Assembly: GCA_963755715.1 (NCBI GenBank)
Contig: CAVWLW010000043.1
Span: 32,001 to 96,000 of the forward strand
DNA from: an uncultured delta proteobacterium
GTDB lineage: Bacteria; Desulfobacterota; Binatia; UBA9968
Direction: 5' to 3'
DNA: 64,000 bases
The position numbers were made by a program, and so were the translations under genes. The notes beneath the pieces were generated by a model. It searched no databases and was not told the origin of the DNA. It was given only the letters and a program-made list of their open reading frames with translations. Positions 22,072 through 33,009 of the stretch are shown here, in pieces (position 1 is the first letter of the stretch; each line of letters starts with the position of its first letter).

Positions 22072-23085
22072 ATGAAGGCAAACAGCTTCTTTCCACGTTC
22101 GTTGGCGCCCGGTCTTGTGCTCGCGTCGATTTTACTCCTGCCGGGCGCGCCCGCTTTTGCGGCGGATAAAATCAATTTGATCTACACAGCGCGAGTCATG
22201 TCTCAAGCGTATCCGTGGATGGCTCAGGATCTCGGGCTCTTTAAAAAATATGATCTAGACGTTCCCGTGGTTTTCGTGACGCCGGGTGCGCCGTCGGTGG
22301 CGGCCATTCTGTCGGGGGACAGCGAGATCGCGGTGATCGGCGCGGCGAGCATTACGCGCCCCTGGGTGCAGGGAAACAAAGACCCGGTTTTTGTTGGTGA
22401 AATAAAAAGTCTGCTCACTCATAGCATCATTGCAAAACCGGATATCAAGCGGCCCGAACAGTTGAAGGGCAAGAGAATCGGCGTGTCGCGCATCGGCAGC
22501 AACCCGCATTATTTCGCCGTGCAGGCGCTGCGCCATTTCGGCATCGAATCGCGCGAGGTGAGCTATATTCAGGCCGGCGGCGCGCCCGAAACATTGGCTG
22601 CGTTAGTCGCGCAAGGGATCGACGCGGCGGTTTTGACCGTGCCGACCGATGCGCAGGCGCTCAAGCTCGGTTATCACTACGTCGTCTACGGTCCCGATTT
22701 GAAAATCGCCTACGCCGCCACGACGCTCATCACGCGCCGGTCGATCATCGCCAAGCGGGGCCCGGTCATTGGCCGCTTCATGCGCGCCATGGCGGAAACC
22801 GCCAAGATCATGCACACGGACAAAGATCTCACCTTCAAGATCCTGGGAAAGTATCTACGCATCGACGACCGAACATTGCTCGACGCGAGCTACAATGTCG
22901 AAATCAAAGCGCTCGAGCCGAGACTTGCTCTCAAACACGAGGGAATCCAGTCGACGCTCGACGAGATCGCGCCCACCGAGCCGCGCGCCAAGACCGTCAA
23001 GCCGCAGGAGATGATCGATACGCGCTATCTCGATGAGATGGAGAAGAGCGGGTTTTTCGATCAGATCTGGGGTGGGAAGAAGTGA
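22072..23085 (+). CDS. NMT1/SsuA-like substrate-binding protein, paralog of 19154..20149
   Basis: RBS GGAGG, signal peptide, LTHSI, IQAGGAPET, LEPRL, TLDEIA. Confidence 0.87.
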   Translation: MKANSFFPRSLAPGLVLASILLLPGAPAFAADKINLIYTARVMSQAYPWMAQDLGLFKKYDLDVPVVFVTPGAPSVAAILSGDSEIAVIGAASITRPWVQGNKDPVFVGEIKSLLTHSIIAKPDIKRPEQLKGKRIGVSRIGSNPHYFAVQALRHFGIESREVSYIQAGGAPETLAALVAQGIDAAVLTVPTDAQALKLGYHYVVYGPDLKIAYAATTLITRRSIIAKRGPVIGRFMRAMAETAKIMHTDKDLTFKILGKYLRIDDRTLLDASYNVEIKALEPRLALKHEGIQSTLDEIAPTEPRAKTVKPQEMIDTRYLDEMEKSGFFDQIWGGKK

Positions 23086-23171
23086 AAGGCTTGAGGCGAC
23101 AGGCAAGTCAAAAAAAATGGCAGCGCATGTTGTCATGCGCTGCCATACATATTCACTGTATCCGTTGCTCG

Positions 23172-24128
23172 CTAAGCTTGTTGCACCGCTGAAAGCTTCC
23201 ATGTGTTCGGCCCAACCGGGCGGGTGAACGTCCAATACTCTTCGAACTTGATCGGATCGGAGTTGCTGCCGCTGACGACGTCGCCGGTCTTGGTATCGAC
23301 GGTGTAGTCGAGAAGGTTAGCGTGCAGGCGGACGGTGATAAAATCCGCGCCGTTTTCCGTCCACGCTTCACTGACCTCGCTTTCCTGCAGGGCGATATTC
23401 TCCATCCGATTTTGCTGCCCCCGTGCCCGTTGTTGGCTTAATTCCTGTTGCCAGTTTTGCATCAACTCCGTGCCGCATAGCGAGCTCAGTACGGTGGTAT
23501 CTTGCTTATTCCACGCGCCTTGGACTCTGAAGAAGAGGTCCTGCGCCGTTTTGAGGAAGCGATCGGGATCGAAGCTTCGGTCCATCAACATGAGCGAGCG
23601 ATAATCGATATCGTTATTAGCCACCGGCGCTTCCTGGCTCGTCGTATATTGCGTATAGGGTTGGCTATTTTGATACTGCATCGTGCCGAAGCCTGACGCG
23701 ACCGCGGGGCTGCGGAACTTGCGGTAGAGGAAATAAGCCAAACCGCCGAGCAATAGAACCTCCATCATGCCGAATCCGCTGCCGCCAAGTCCCCCGAGAC
23801 CACCGGCATTCGCGATCCCTGAGAAAAGCATCGAGCCAAGGAATCCGCCCAAGACTGCCGTGCCCAGGCCGCGCATGAACCCGCCGGGCTGAGGCGCGAG
23901 CGGGCCGGGTTGTTGCGGTGATGGAGCAGCCTCTCTTCGGGTCTGCGAGGGGCTGGTTGGCTGCGTCGGCCGAGCCGGCGATTGATAACTTCTGGAGCCG
24001 CGAAAACCGCCTGATGTGCCGCCGCCGGCGCGCGCTTCGGCGTAATTCTCCAAAACGATTTGCGAGAGCCCGACGACGGCGAAAAGGCCCAACGCCAGGA
24101 GCATAATTATACGTTTCGAAACCACCAT
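23172..24128 (-). CDS. Tim44-like domain membrane protein
   Basis: AEARAGGG..GFRGSRS, Gly-rich TM segment, FFRVQGAW, KFEEYWTFTRP..WKLSAVQQ. Confidence 0.88.
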   Translation of the reverse strand: MVVSKRIIMLLALGLFAVVGLSQIVLENYAEARAGGGTSGGFRGSRSYQSPARPTQPTSPSQTRREAAPSPQQPGPLAPQPGGFMRGLGTAVLGGFLGSMLFSGIANAGGLGGLGGSGFGMMEVLLLGGLAYFLYRKFRSPAVASGFGTMQYQNSQPYTQYTTSQEAPVANNDIDYRSLMLMDRSFDPDRFLKTAQDLFFRVQGAWNKQDTTVLSSLCGTELMQNWQQELSQQRARGQQNRMENIALQESEVSEAWTENGADFITVRLHANLLDYTVDTKTGDVVSGSNSDPIKFEEYWTFTRPVGPNTWKLSAVQQA

Positions 24129-24155
24129 AGGATTGTCCTCCTTAAGTTAAAGCGA

Positions 24156-24183
24156 AGTCTATGCGCACGAAAGCTAATGTCAA
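24156..24183 (-). promoter_or_regulatory. Putative sigma70 promoter of the Tim44-like gene
   Basis: Minus strand TTGACA-16 bp-TAGACT, then AGGAGG RBS. Confidence 0.5.
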
Positions 24184-24300
24184 GACTAGGCTCAGATCAT
24201 CCAACTGCGATGGAATGGTTTGACGGCGAGCCGCGATTTTTCGTATGAAGAGACTTCTCGGTCCAATCGGTCAGGGATTTCATAAGAAAAGGGGACCGCT

Positions 24301-25317
24301 ATGACGTACGGATCACGGCACGCCTTTTGGTTCGCCGTATTGACGCTGAGCTGGTTTCAATCGGCGCCGACATTCGCCCAAACCAAGATCAACATTGGCG
24401 TCGCGGCGATGAGCCCGCGGACGATTCCTTTGTTGATTGCACAAGAACAGGGTCTTTTCGCTAAACAAGGTATTGAAGCGCGCATCGTCTTGATCAAAGG
24501 CGCGCCCATACTCGTCGCCAGTCTCATCTCTGGTGACCTCGAGGTCGGTTACACCGGCGGCACCTCGGTGCTCGGCGCGGCGGCGCAGGGGCCGTACCTA
24601 AAAATTCTCTCCTCGATCTCCAGCAAGCTCACGCATACGATGCTCGCTAATCCGAGTCTCAAGACCGTCGAGCAACTGCGCGGCAAGCGCTTCGGCATCC
24701 AGAGCATGGGCGGCACCACCTGGATGCACACCATCCTGGGCCTTGAATATGTCGGCCTCGACGTCAAACGGGACAATATTAACATACTGATGATCGGCGA
24801 CTCGGTGCTGATCGGCCAGGCGCTGGAGGCCGGCCGGGTGGATGCTGCGGTGCTCGATGGCGTGCTGGCGCGGCGGCTGATCAATAAAGGTTTCTCGGTC
24901 ATCGTCGATCTCACGCCCGCCAATATTCCCATGGTCAATCAGGCCGTGGTCGTCGCGCCCGATTTCGTGCAAAAGCGACCGGAGCTCGCCGAAAAGATTC
25001 TCATGGTACTGGTGGATAGCCTGGCGTTTACGCTTGCGCCGATGAACAAAAGCGTCGTCGTCAAGACTATCATGCGCCGGCTCCAGATCGACGACCCAAA
25101 GATCGCCGAGGAAGGTTATCAGGATCTCATGACGAGCATCGAGCGCAAGCCGTTTCCTTCGCTCGAAGGTCTGCGCAATATCCGCCGTCTCATGGCGACG
25201 CAAAATCCTAAAGCCGCAAACGTCAAGGTCGAAGATCTGATCGATGCCCGGATCATCCGCAAGCTCGATGACAACGGTTATATGGATAAAGTCGCGGCGG
25301 GTTATGGGCTGAAGTAG
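24301..25317 (+). CDS. NMT1/SsuA-like substrate-binding protein
   Basis: Signal peptide, GLFAKQGIE, QLRGKRFGIQSMGG, LIDARII. Confidence 0.87.
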   Translation: MTYGSRHAFWFAVLTLSWFQSAPTFAQTKINIGVAAMSPRTIPLLIAQEQGLFAKQGIEARIVLIKGAPILVASLISGDLEVGYTGGTSVLGAAAQGPYLKILSSISSKLTHTMLANPSLKTVEQLRGKRFGIQSMGGTTWMHTILGLEYVGLDVKRDNINILMIGDSVLIGQALEAGRVDAAVLDGVLARRLINKGFSVIVDLTPANIPMVNQAVVVAPDFVQKRPELAEKILMVLVDSLAFTLAPMNKSVVVKTIMRRLQIDDPKIAEEGYQDLMTSIERKPFPSLEGLRNIRRLMATQNPKAANVKVEDLIDARIIRKLDDNGYMDKVAAGYGLK

Positions 25318-25587
25318 ATAGCGGCCCCCGTCGAAATCAATTCGAGAGAGAGTCGTAAAATTTTCTCTAAGGCCACCCGTTTGTAGGCATCTGCTCCAAG
25401 ACTTGCCGCTTTCAAAGCCTTGTTAGCGACCGGAATTTCTTTTCCTTCGGGAGCGAATCGAGCGACCGCTGCAAGTGATTGACAACGATACCAAGCGTCA
25501 AAACGTTTTCCGCGAGGATTAATGCCTTGTCAAAATCAACACGAACGGCCTTTAATACTTTGGCGCGCTCGTCTGCCGCACTCATCG

Positions 25588-25959
25588 CTATCCACGCAAG
25601 CGGGACAACGCCATCCGCATTGGCAAGATTTCCCGGGTCAACGGATTGAGCATGAAACCGAGAGTTTCGAGCGTGACCGCTCCCAGCAACGCGCCGTCGT
25701 TCTCTTGACCTAACACGACTGGTGATGTGGCTGCTTCGCCGCGGATTTCAAATCGGCACTCGGAAACACCACGCTCGATCGGCGTGCCGTCTGCCAGCGT
25801 GAACTCCACCTCGCGCTCAGCTTTGAGCCGTAGGGCCCGCCAGATTTCCTCGGGAAGCACCGAATAGATTGCTCCCGAGTCGACGAGAAACCGCACGTTA
25901 CGGGCCGGTCCACGGCCGTCGGGCCGGCGTAATCGCGCTGGTACATAGGTGACACCCAT
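25588..25959 (-). CDS. Clan AA (retropepsin-like) aspartyl protease
   Basis: FLVDSGA active-site motif, TLADG, ALLGAVTLE. Confidence 0.85.
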   Translation of the reverse strand: MGVTYVPARLRRPDGRGPARNVRFLVDSGAIYSVLPEEIWRALRLKAEREVEFTLADGTPIERGVSECRFEIRGEAATSPVVLGQENDGALLGAVTLETLGFMLNPLTREILPMRMALSRLRG

Positions 25960-26379
25960 GTTTTCAGCGTATAGTACGATCCTTTTGCGGTCAAATCACG
26001 GCGTAAAGGTGGTTCGAAGGTTGCTGTTGCTCCTGCAATGGGCGGCATTCAGGGCGGATCCGACGAAGTCGGCGTGAAACCTACTAAAGTCAGTCAGGAG
26101 AATATTTATCAGGCGAATATCCTTTCAAGGATCGTCAACCGTGCTCCTGCCCGTCCATTCTCTTCGTCGCGTTAGGTGAATCACGAAGCATCGATTGCGC
26201 CGGTTCCGGTTTGCTCAACGAGCGGGACGTAATCGTACTCGCCGACGCCCTGAAGCACGAGGAAGGTTGCGGAGTGATCCCCGCCGGGTCAGTGCATTAT
26301 CAATGAACCTGCCGACGAATCGGCTGATCGTCATCATCGCGCGGTCGAATTGTCGAAAGAGGTTTCTTTGGAAACTTGT

Positions 26380-28335
26380 TTACGGAATGATCGTGCCGGA
26401 TTCGGTGACAGCTCGGGGAACGTGCTCACGCCGACTCCATTCCCACGCGACGACGGCGGCGCCCAGCGCGAAGCCGACAAAGTCGGCGAGGAGAAGAACG
26501 TTGCTCGTCGAGGGCAGGAGCAGCAGGATCGCGGCTAGCCAGAGAAGTCCGCGTGTAATCCAGCTCAAGGGGCGGAATAAATAACCGGCGCAGCCGGCGC
26601 CGAGAAGAATCACGCCAACGACAGCGGTGACAACTGCGATAAGGATCTCTTTCAATGTGCCCATCAGAATCAGCGGTGGATGGAGCGCGAAAATAAACGG
26701 GACAATGTAAGCCGCGATGCCGAGGCGCATGGCGGTCCAGCCGGTTTGCCAGAAATTGGCCTGGGCCATGGACGCGGCGATATAAACCGGCAGGCAGTCG
26801 GGCGGGGTGATCAGAGAGACCATGCCGAAGTAGAATAGAAATAGATGAGCGGCGAGCGGCGGTATGCCTAGCTGCACGAGGGCCGGCGCGGCGAGCACCG
26901 CTAGCGTGATGTACACGACCGTCGTCGGCAGCGGCAATCCTAAGAATAAACATCCCAACGCGGTAATAATCAGCAGCAGGAAAACATTGTTGCCGGAGAG
27001 AGTCACGAGCAGAAGCGAGATTTTGAAGGTGAAACCGGAAAGATGAAGCGCGCCGATGACGATGCCCGCGAGCGCTGTGATGACGGCGATGTCGAGTATA
27101 ATTTTGCCGGTTTCTTCCAGCGCGGCGACGATTTTCTGGAAAGAGGGGCGGGTTTCTTTCTGCAGCGCGCCGACGACGAAGACGACGATCACCGCGACCA
27201 TTCCCGCTTTGCCGGCTTCCCAATTCTCGATCATGAGCGTGTAGACGAGGATCGACAGCGGAATCAGAAACACCCACCCCGATTTGATGATTTTGCGAAA
27301 TTTGGGAATCTGATCAGCGGGAAGTCCCGCTAAGCCACGCTTTGCGGCTTCCAAATCGATCTGCGTGAACAGCGCCAGATAGTACAGGCAAGCGGGAATC
27401 GCAGCGGCGAGCGCCACTTGGCCGTAAGGGATGGCGAGAAACTCCGCCATGAGAAACGCCGCGGCACCCATCACCGGCGGCATGATCTGTCCGCCGTTGG
27501 ACGCCACCGCTTCGATGGCCGCGGCCATGTGGGCGGGGAAGCCGGTGCGTTTCATCAGCGGAATGGTAATCGCGCCGTCGACCACGACGTTGGCGACGGC
27601 GCTGCCGGACACCGTGCCGAAAAGCGCGGAAGAAACGACCGAAACTTTCGCCGGACCGCCGCGATAGCGGCCGGTGGCGATGAGCGCGAGATCGGTAAGA
27701 AATTTATCGCCGCCGACGGCGTAAAGCGCTTGCCCGAACAAAATGAACGCGACGACGACGCCGGCGGCGACGTCGATGGGCAAACCCAACATTGCGTTGG
27801 AGTCGAGATAGAGATAGCTCGCGATGCGCGCCCACGAGGGGCTCTTAGAGTAGAAAATTCCCGGCAAAAACTCGGCGAATTTCGTGTACAGAATGACGCC
27901 GAGGGCGAGCCAAGCGAGCGTGCCGCCGGCAACGCGGCGCGTAGCTTCGATAACCAGGATGAGCGCGAGTCCGCCGAAGATCCAGCGGTCAGGCGAGAGC
28001 ACGCCGAGCCGGTACGCGATCGTTGGATATAAAATCGTGACGTAAAGTCCAATCGCCATCCCGCCGAGGGCGAGAAACCAATCGTACCACGGCACGTGAT
28101 CGCCGGATTGTTTCGGATACGTTTTGACCGCGAGAAAAACCGCGCAAAGCGACAACGCTAGAAAGAGCGCAAGATACTGCTGCTTGAAAAAGGTGATCTC
28201 GAAATAGTTATGAACTTCCAGCGCCCACAATGATCCCAGCACCGTGCTCGAGATCAACAAAGCGCGCAGCAGTTTTGCCGGCGCGCCCGTAAGCGTGCGA
28301 AAACGACCGGGAGAAGCGGCGAGTTCATCGCTCAT
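26380..28335 (-). CDS. TRAP transporter fused 4TM/12TM permease (TAXI type)
   Basis: RGGPAKVSVVSSALFGTVSGSAVANV, EAVASNGGQIMPPVMGAAAF, LITPP. Confidence 0.92.
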   Translation of the reverse strand: MSDELAASPGRFRTLTGAPAKLLRALLISSTVLGSLWALEVHNYFEITFFKQQYLALFLALSLCAVFLAVKTYPKQSGDHVPWYDWFLALGGMAIGLYVTILYPTIAYRLGVLSPDRWIFGGLALILVIEATRRVAGGTLAWLALGVILYTKFAEFLPGIFYSKSPSWARIASYLYLDSNAMLGLPIDVAAGVVVAFILFGQALYAVGGDKFLTDLALIATGRYRGGPAKVSVVSSALFGTVSGSAVANVVVDGAITIPLMKRTGFPAHMAAAIEAVASNGGQIMPPVMGAAAFLMAEFLAIPYGQVALAAAIPACLYYLALFTQIDLEAAKRGLAGLPADQIPKFRKIIKSGWVFLIPLSILVYTLMIENWEAGKAGMVAVIVVFVVGALQKETRPSFQKIVAALEETGKIILDIAVITALAGIVIGALHLSGFTFKISLLLVTLSGNNVFLLLIITALGCLFLGLPLPTTVVYITLAVLAAPALVQLGIPPLAAHLFLFYFGMVSLITPPDCLPVYIAASMAQANFWQTGWTAMRLGIAAYIVPFIFALHPPLILMGTLKEILIAVVTAVVGVILLGAGCAGYLFRPLSWITRGLLWLAAILLLLPSTSNVLLLADFVGFALGAAVVAWEWSRREHVPRAVTESGTIIP

Positions 28336-28442
28336 GATTTTGAAGATCGGGTCAGTTCAAAACGTCAAGCCGTTCAAATCGTTCAAACCGTACTCGGAAA
28401 AATTCCGGGAGATTCGTATAGCCGCTCCGCACCGTTGCTCGC

Positions 28443-29463
28443 TTACGGGTTAATTGCCAGCAGGCGCTTTTGCGCTTCGTCCATTTTGGCGTTCCAGAGA
28501 TTTTTCTCTTTATAAAATTGTACGGCCGCGGGATGATACGGGATTGTGATATCGGATGAGGCGGCGCGCTCGCGGGTCCACTCTTGAAACTGCGGGATTT
28601 AACGGCGGCAGTTTGTCGATGTTGTCCCAGATCGCTTTCAGCGAATGCGCGACGACTTCGTTGGCCAATCCTTTGTGCCCAACCATGTAAATGTCATAAG
28701 CAAGCACACAGGTGTCGCCGACGATGCCAGTGGATGAACCTGCCTTGAGCGTGATGAGATAATATCCCGGAACCGCGTTCCTCACGCGCGCGTCGCCTTG
28801 AGCTGAGCAGTCCAGCGACAGAAAGCGCACACCGACGGCCGCATCGGCCTCTTTTATCTTGGCGACGCCGATGGCGTGATTGCTGACGTCGGCGCGTCCC
28901 TGAATCAGCGCGTCGACGCCGTCGTTAACGGCGGGAACGGGCACGACTTTGACATCGTCCCAAGTAAGCCCCGCATTCGCCAGCTCAGTGTAGACATGGT
29001 ACCAGATCGCGATATTCGCGGGATATTCTCCGGTCACGCTTTTCCCCTTGATGTCGTGGACTGTCTTTATCGGCGAATCTTTTCTGACCACCAGACTTAC
29101 CGATAACGGCGAGCCGCGCATGATCAATCTTGTGTTCGGCACGTGCGGCAAGGGATTTTTGCCGCTGATTTTTAACTTCGCCGGTCCTTGATAGCCGAGG
29201 TTCATTTCGACGGCGTTGACGATGCCGAAGTCGATTTCGCCGCTATCGAGCAACGGTAGGAAGGTGCTGCTGCCGGTATAAGGCTGCACGATCGACTGCA
29301 TCGGCCCGGCGCCGCTGATCACTTTTGCCAAACCGGCGCTGACGGCATAGAAAGCGGTGCCCGCGGGGTTGGTGCCGATGGTCGTCGAAGCCGGCAGCTT
29401 TTGGGCGCGGGCGGAGTTGTGGGTGAGTAACAGCGCGATGATTGCCGCCGTTAGTACTTTCAT
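28443..29463 (-). CDS. TAXI-family TRAP solute receptor, frameshifted near 28600
   Basis: IGTNPAGT, QPYTGS; shifted frame continues QFQEWTRERA..IPYHPAAVQFYKEKNLW..LLAINP*. Confidence 0.85.
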
Positions 29464-29556
29464 TGCTTGTCTTATCACCTCGCCCTCCTCTGGAATGCCG
29501 GCGTAAAGTCTAGCGTCCAGCGTTAACTCGTGACCCAAGACGCATCGATCGAATCT

Positions 29557-30579
29557 TTACGGATTCATGGCCAATAATTTTTTCTGCGCTTCATCCATTT
29601 TTTCTGACCACACGCCGCTGTCTTTGAAGTAGCGAATCGCGGCGGGATGATAGGGGATAGTGACTTCAGGATCGACGGCGCGTGCTTTTGTCCATTCCGC
29701 GAAGCCAGGATGAAACTGCGGTAATTTTTCCACGTTCACCCAAATCGCCTGGAGAACGTTTCGAACCACGGCGTCGGGCAACGCTTTATGGCCGACGAGA
29801 TAGATGTCGTAGGTATAAGCGCAGGTATCTTCGACAATGCCGGTTGACGAGCCCGCTTTGACGACGGACAGATAGTATCCCGGCACCGCTTTCTTGATTC
29901 GCGCTTCGCCCTGTTTTGAGCAATCGAGCGGAATGTAGCGAATACCGATGGCCGCGTCGGCCTCTTTCACTTTCGCCGAACCGATGGCGTGGGTGGTAAC
30001 GTCGGCGCGTCCCTGAATGAGCGCGTCGACGCCCTCGTTGACCGCCGGCACCGGCACGACTTTAACGTCGTTCCACGTCAAACCACCATTCGAGAGCGAG
30101 CCGAAGACGTTATACCAAACGGCAAGCTGCGCCGGATACTCGCCCGTGACACGCCTGCCTTTGACATCGCCGATGGTTTTGATCGGTGAGTCTTTTTTGA
30201 CGATGAGGCTGCTGCGGAGCGGCGAGCCGCGCATGAGCAAGCGCGAGCTCGGCACATGAGGAAAAGGGTTTCTTCCGCCGACCTTAAGCTTTTGGCCCTG
30301 GTACACCATTCCCATATCGACCGCGTTGACGACGCCCAATTCGAGCTCGCCGCTGTCGAACAGTGGCACGAACGTGCTCGTGCCCGCGTAGGGTTGGACT
30401 TGCGCCTGCATCGGCGATGCTTCGCTGACGACTTTAGCCAGGCCGCTCGCCAATGCGTAGAAGAGTGAGCCGGGCGGGTTGGAGCCTATCGCCACGGATT
30501 TCGGTAACTGCTGCGCGCGGCCTTCAGTTGCGAAAAGGAAAGTTGCCAAAACTAAACAATAGAAAAATTGACGACCCAT
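29557..30579 (-). CDS. TAXI-family TRAP solute receptor, tandem paralog
   Basis: IGSNPPGS, QPYAGT, VKVVPVPAVN, IPYHPAAIRYF. Confidence 0.9.
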   Translation of the reverse strand: MGRQFFYCLVLATFLFATEGRAQQLPKSVAIGSNPPGSLFYALASGLAKVVSEASPMQAQVQPYAGTSTFVPLFDSGELELGVVNAVDMGMVYQGQKLKVGGRNPFPHVPSSRLLMRGSPLRSSLIVKKDSPIKTIGDVKGRRVTGEYPAQLAVWYNVFGSLSNGGLTWNDVKVVPVPAVNEGVDALIQGRADVTTHAIGSAKVKEADAAIGIRYIPLDCSKQGEARIKKAVPGYYLSVVKAGSSTGIVEDTCAYTYDIYLVGHKALPDAVVRNVLQAIWVNVEKLPQFHPGFAEWTKARAVDPEVTIPYHPAAIRYFKDSGVWSEKMDEAQKKLLAMNP

Positions 30580-30698
30580 GGAGCCTCCTCGGTAAAGTGG
30601 CGATCAATTTAGATCGAATGCATTTTTCGGTCAATGGCGATGTGTCTGTGATAAGGAGTTGCGAGTTATTCTCTGAAGTGGACTATTCGATGTCCGCA

Positions 30699-30808
30699 TT
30701 CGTCATTCCCGCATGTTTTTAGCGGGAATCCAGACGAACTCTGGTGCCGACCGGTATCCAGGTCGTGTTCGGCAAAACCTGGATTGCCGCCTCCGCGGCA
30801 ATGACGAA
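30699..30808. repeat. REP-like element (GTCATTCCCGC..GCGGGAATCCA / TGGATTGCCGC..GCGGCAATGAC)
   Basis: Two inverted hairpin units with complementary ends. Confidence 0.78.
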
Positions 30809-30870
30809 CGAGTCTCAATTTAGAACCTTTCGACGTGTAGCTACCTTCGTTCGACGAGATGCACGACAAT

Positions 30871-31956
30871 TCACTCGGGACGTGTCGCACCCAAATGCTT
30901 CGCTAAAAAATCACCGATGGCCGGACGGTAGCGGAACGGCATGTTGTTGCAGACGTGATTGCCGCCTTCGAGCAAGAGCCACTCTTTTGGGCCCGACGCC
31001 TCGTCATAAATCCGTTTTGCCTGCTCCACCGGCACGAAGTCCTTGTCGCCGTGGACGACCAGGAGCGGGCAGCGGATCTTAGGCGCCAACCCTTCGAGCG
31101 TGCAGCGGCTGTGCAGGTCGACTAGTTTCTGTTTGTCGTAGACCTTCCAGATATGCGCGATGCGCGCGAACTCGAAAGGATCTTCGAGACGATTGAGCAC
31201 CCGAGTGCGATCGTACATGCCGCCGGCGAACGCGCAGGCTTTGATGCGCGCGTCGCACGCAGCCGAGCGCGGCGCGAGATAGCCGCCCATGCTCGGACCG
31301 AAGACGCCGATCCGGCCCGCGTCGACGCCAGGCAGTTTTTCAAGGTAATCGATCACGGCCGAAGTCGCGCGCTCGAACTCGACGATCAGTCCGCCTTGAA
31401 ACCAGCTTTCGCCTTGTCCCGGCCCGTCGAAGGTGAAGGTCGCCATGCCGCGGCGCAGAAAACCGTCTTCCATTGTCCGCGCTTCTTCTTTGGTCGATTC
31501 CAAACCCGAGATAATCATGACCACCGGCGGCTTGGTGATTCCCGATGGCACGCGCAGGTAGGATGCCATGCGAAAATTTTCAAACGGCACTTCGTGGCGC
31601 ACCGCCGGCGGATTCAAGTACGGCGCCGCCTTGGCGTAGCATTCGACGCGCTTCTTTGCCGCAGGAATATACTCGTCGAGATTTTGCGGGGAGTTGTTGC
31701 AACCGAAGTGATACGCCATGGACGCCATTAAATATGATTCGGTGGCGCTCTCCCGATTGCCTTCTGCTTCGGCTTTACGCGCGAACTCTTCGTGTCCGGC
31801 AGCGGTCGCGCACCACTCGCGACACCAGTCGTCCCAAGTTCCAATGCGCTCACCGGTCGTCATCAGATCGTTGTAATCGATCCCCTGAACGATCATGCGC
31901 GGCGCCCAGGTTTTCAGAACGTGATCAACGGTCGGGTCGGGATGTTTGGCGAGCAT
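30871..31956 (-). CDS. Alpha/beta hydrolase, 2,6-dihydroxypseudooxynicotine hydrolase / FrsA-like
   Basis: ISGLESTKEE, FDGPGQGE, GPSMGG nucleophile, HGDKD, GGNHVCNN. Confidence 0.85.
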   Translation of the reverse strand: MLAKHPDPTVDHVLKTWAPRMIVQGIDYNDLMTTGERIGTWDDWCREWCATAAGHEEFARKAEAEGNRESATESYLMASMAYHFGCNNSPQNLDEYIPAAKKRVECYAKAAPYLNPPAVRHEVPFENFRMASYLRVPSGITKPPVVMIISGLESTKEEARTMEDGFLRRGMATFTFDGPGQGESWFQGGLIVEFERATSAVIDYLEKLPGVDAGRIGVFGPSMGGYLAPRSAACDARIKACAFAGGMYDRTRVLNRLEDPFEFARIAHIWKVYDKQKLVDLHSRCTLEGLAPKIRCPLLVVHGDKDFVPVEQAKRIYDEASGPKEWLLLEGGNHVCNNMPFRYRPAIGDFLAKHLGATRPE

Positions 31957-32117
31957 GTGACGGCCTCCTTGTTTGATAGCGGGAAGTTTTCACGGAAACT
32001 TGGCGATACCCGTGATCGAGCTTTACGTTGGAATGCGGAAAGATTGCAACTTGTCCCTGTTCGCTGGCGACCGTCGCTATCCAGCGTGAACCTCAGTACA
32101 GCCGGGTACAGGTTGTC

Positions 32118-32180
32118 GTCTAACGCCCGGCTTGACGCGCGCTCGCTTCGCGGGCGTCGCTGTCCAAGCCGCGGTTAGAG
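32118..32180 (-). mobile_element. Integron attC recombination site (63 bp)
   Basis: Minus strand: CTCTAAC-CGCGG-CTTGGAC...GTCAAG-CCGGGC-GTTAGAC; R boxes, L boxes with one extrahelical G and a central hairpin; begins just after the stop codon of 32185..32985. Confidence 0.85.
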
Positions 32181-32184
32181 AGCA

Positions 32185-32985
32185 TCATTTGAGCGGAGCG
32201 ACAATAACGCCGCGTAAACCGGCTCTCTCGATCGCGGATTTGACCAGACCCTCGGATTTCGCGTCCTCAATGAACTGGCGCGCGTATGCCACGCCGAGAT
32301 CCCGTCCCTTCGGCATCGCCATAGCGTGCGGATCGATGCCGGGCCGACCGTCGAGAACCCGAGAACCAGGCAATTGATTCGACAATTCGAACAGGACTGG
32401 CTTGATGCTGCCCATTACATCTGCTTTCCCGGATTTCAGCGCCTCCAATGCACCAGGGTTGCTTGATGCTCGGATCATCACAGCATTTTTTAGCGTGCGA
32501 GAAAAAAAGCTATCCGGGCCGGACTTCTCCTGCACGGCAACTCGAATCCCGGGGCGATCCATATCAGCCATTGTTGAGATGGAAGAACCGCCAGGGATGA
32601 GGTAGCCGAATTCGACTTCCATGTGCAGCGCGCTGAAATCCCACTCCTTCGCCCGCTCAGGACTAAACCCAACAAAGGCGACGTCCCAAGCGCCGGATTT
32701 TCCGCTGTCGAGCAGGGCTCCGACTGATGGGTACATAACCGGCTCAAACGGAACCCCTATACGCCGGGCCAACTCTTTTCCGAGGTCAAATGCTACCCCC
32801 TTCATCTCACCCGACGCGGAGTCCTGTATTACGTTCAAGGGATTGCCAAGCTGGAGCGCAACGCGAAGCTTGCCGGTTGGAGCCACAGCCTGTCGCGCTT
32901 CCGGTGTAGGGGCGGTATTGATGCCCGCACAGCCCGTAACCAGCAGTCCAAGTATCGCAGTCATCACCCAGTGAGTCGTTCGCAT
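32185..32985 (-). CDS. Family 3 (amino acid-type) ABC substrate-binding lipoprotein carried on a gene cassette
   Basis: Lipobox VTGC, APTGKLRVAL, DLGKELARRIGVP, WDVAF, FIEDAKSEG; RBS AGGGAGG. Confidence 0.87.
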   Translation of the reverse strand: MRTTHWVMTAILGLLVTGCAGINTAPTPEARQAVAPTGKLRVALQLGNPLNVIQDSASGEMKGVAFDLGKELARRIGVPFEPVMYPSVGALLDSGKSGAWDVAFVGFSPERAKEWDFSALHMEVEFGYLIPGGSSISTMADMDRPGIRVAVQEKSGPDSFFSRTLKNAVMIRASSNPGALEALKSGKADVMGSIKPVLFELSNQLPGSRVLDGRPGIDPHAMAMPKGRDLGVAYARQFIEDAKSEGLVKSAIERAGLRGVIVAPLK

Positions 32986-33009
32986 TGTGTCCTCCCTTAA
33001 AGTTACCGT

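Noticed and set aside
25330-25530. Minus-strand fragment DAWYRCQSLAAVARFAP..GADAYKRVA
   Set aside because: Looks like a remnant of a hypothetical gene but has no start or assignable family; too weak to annotate
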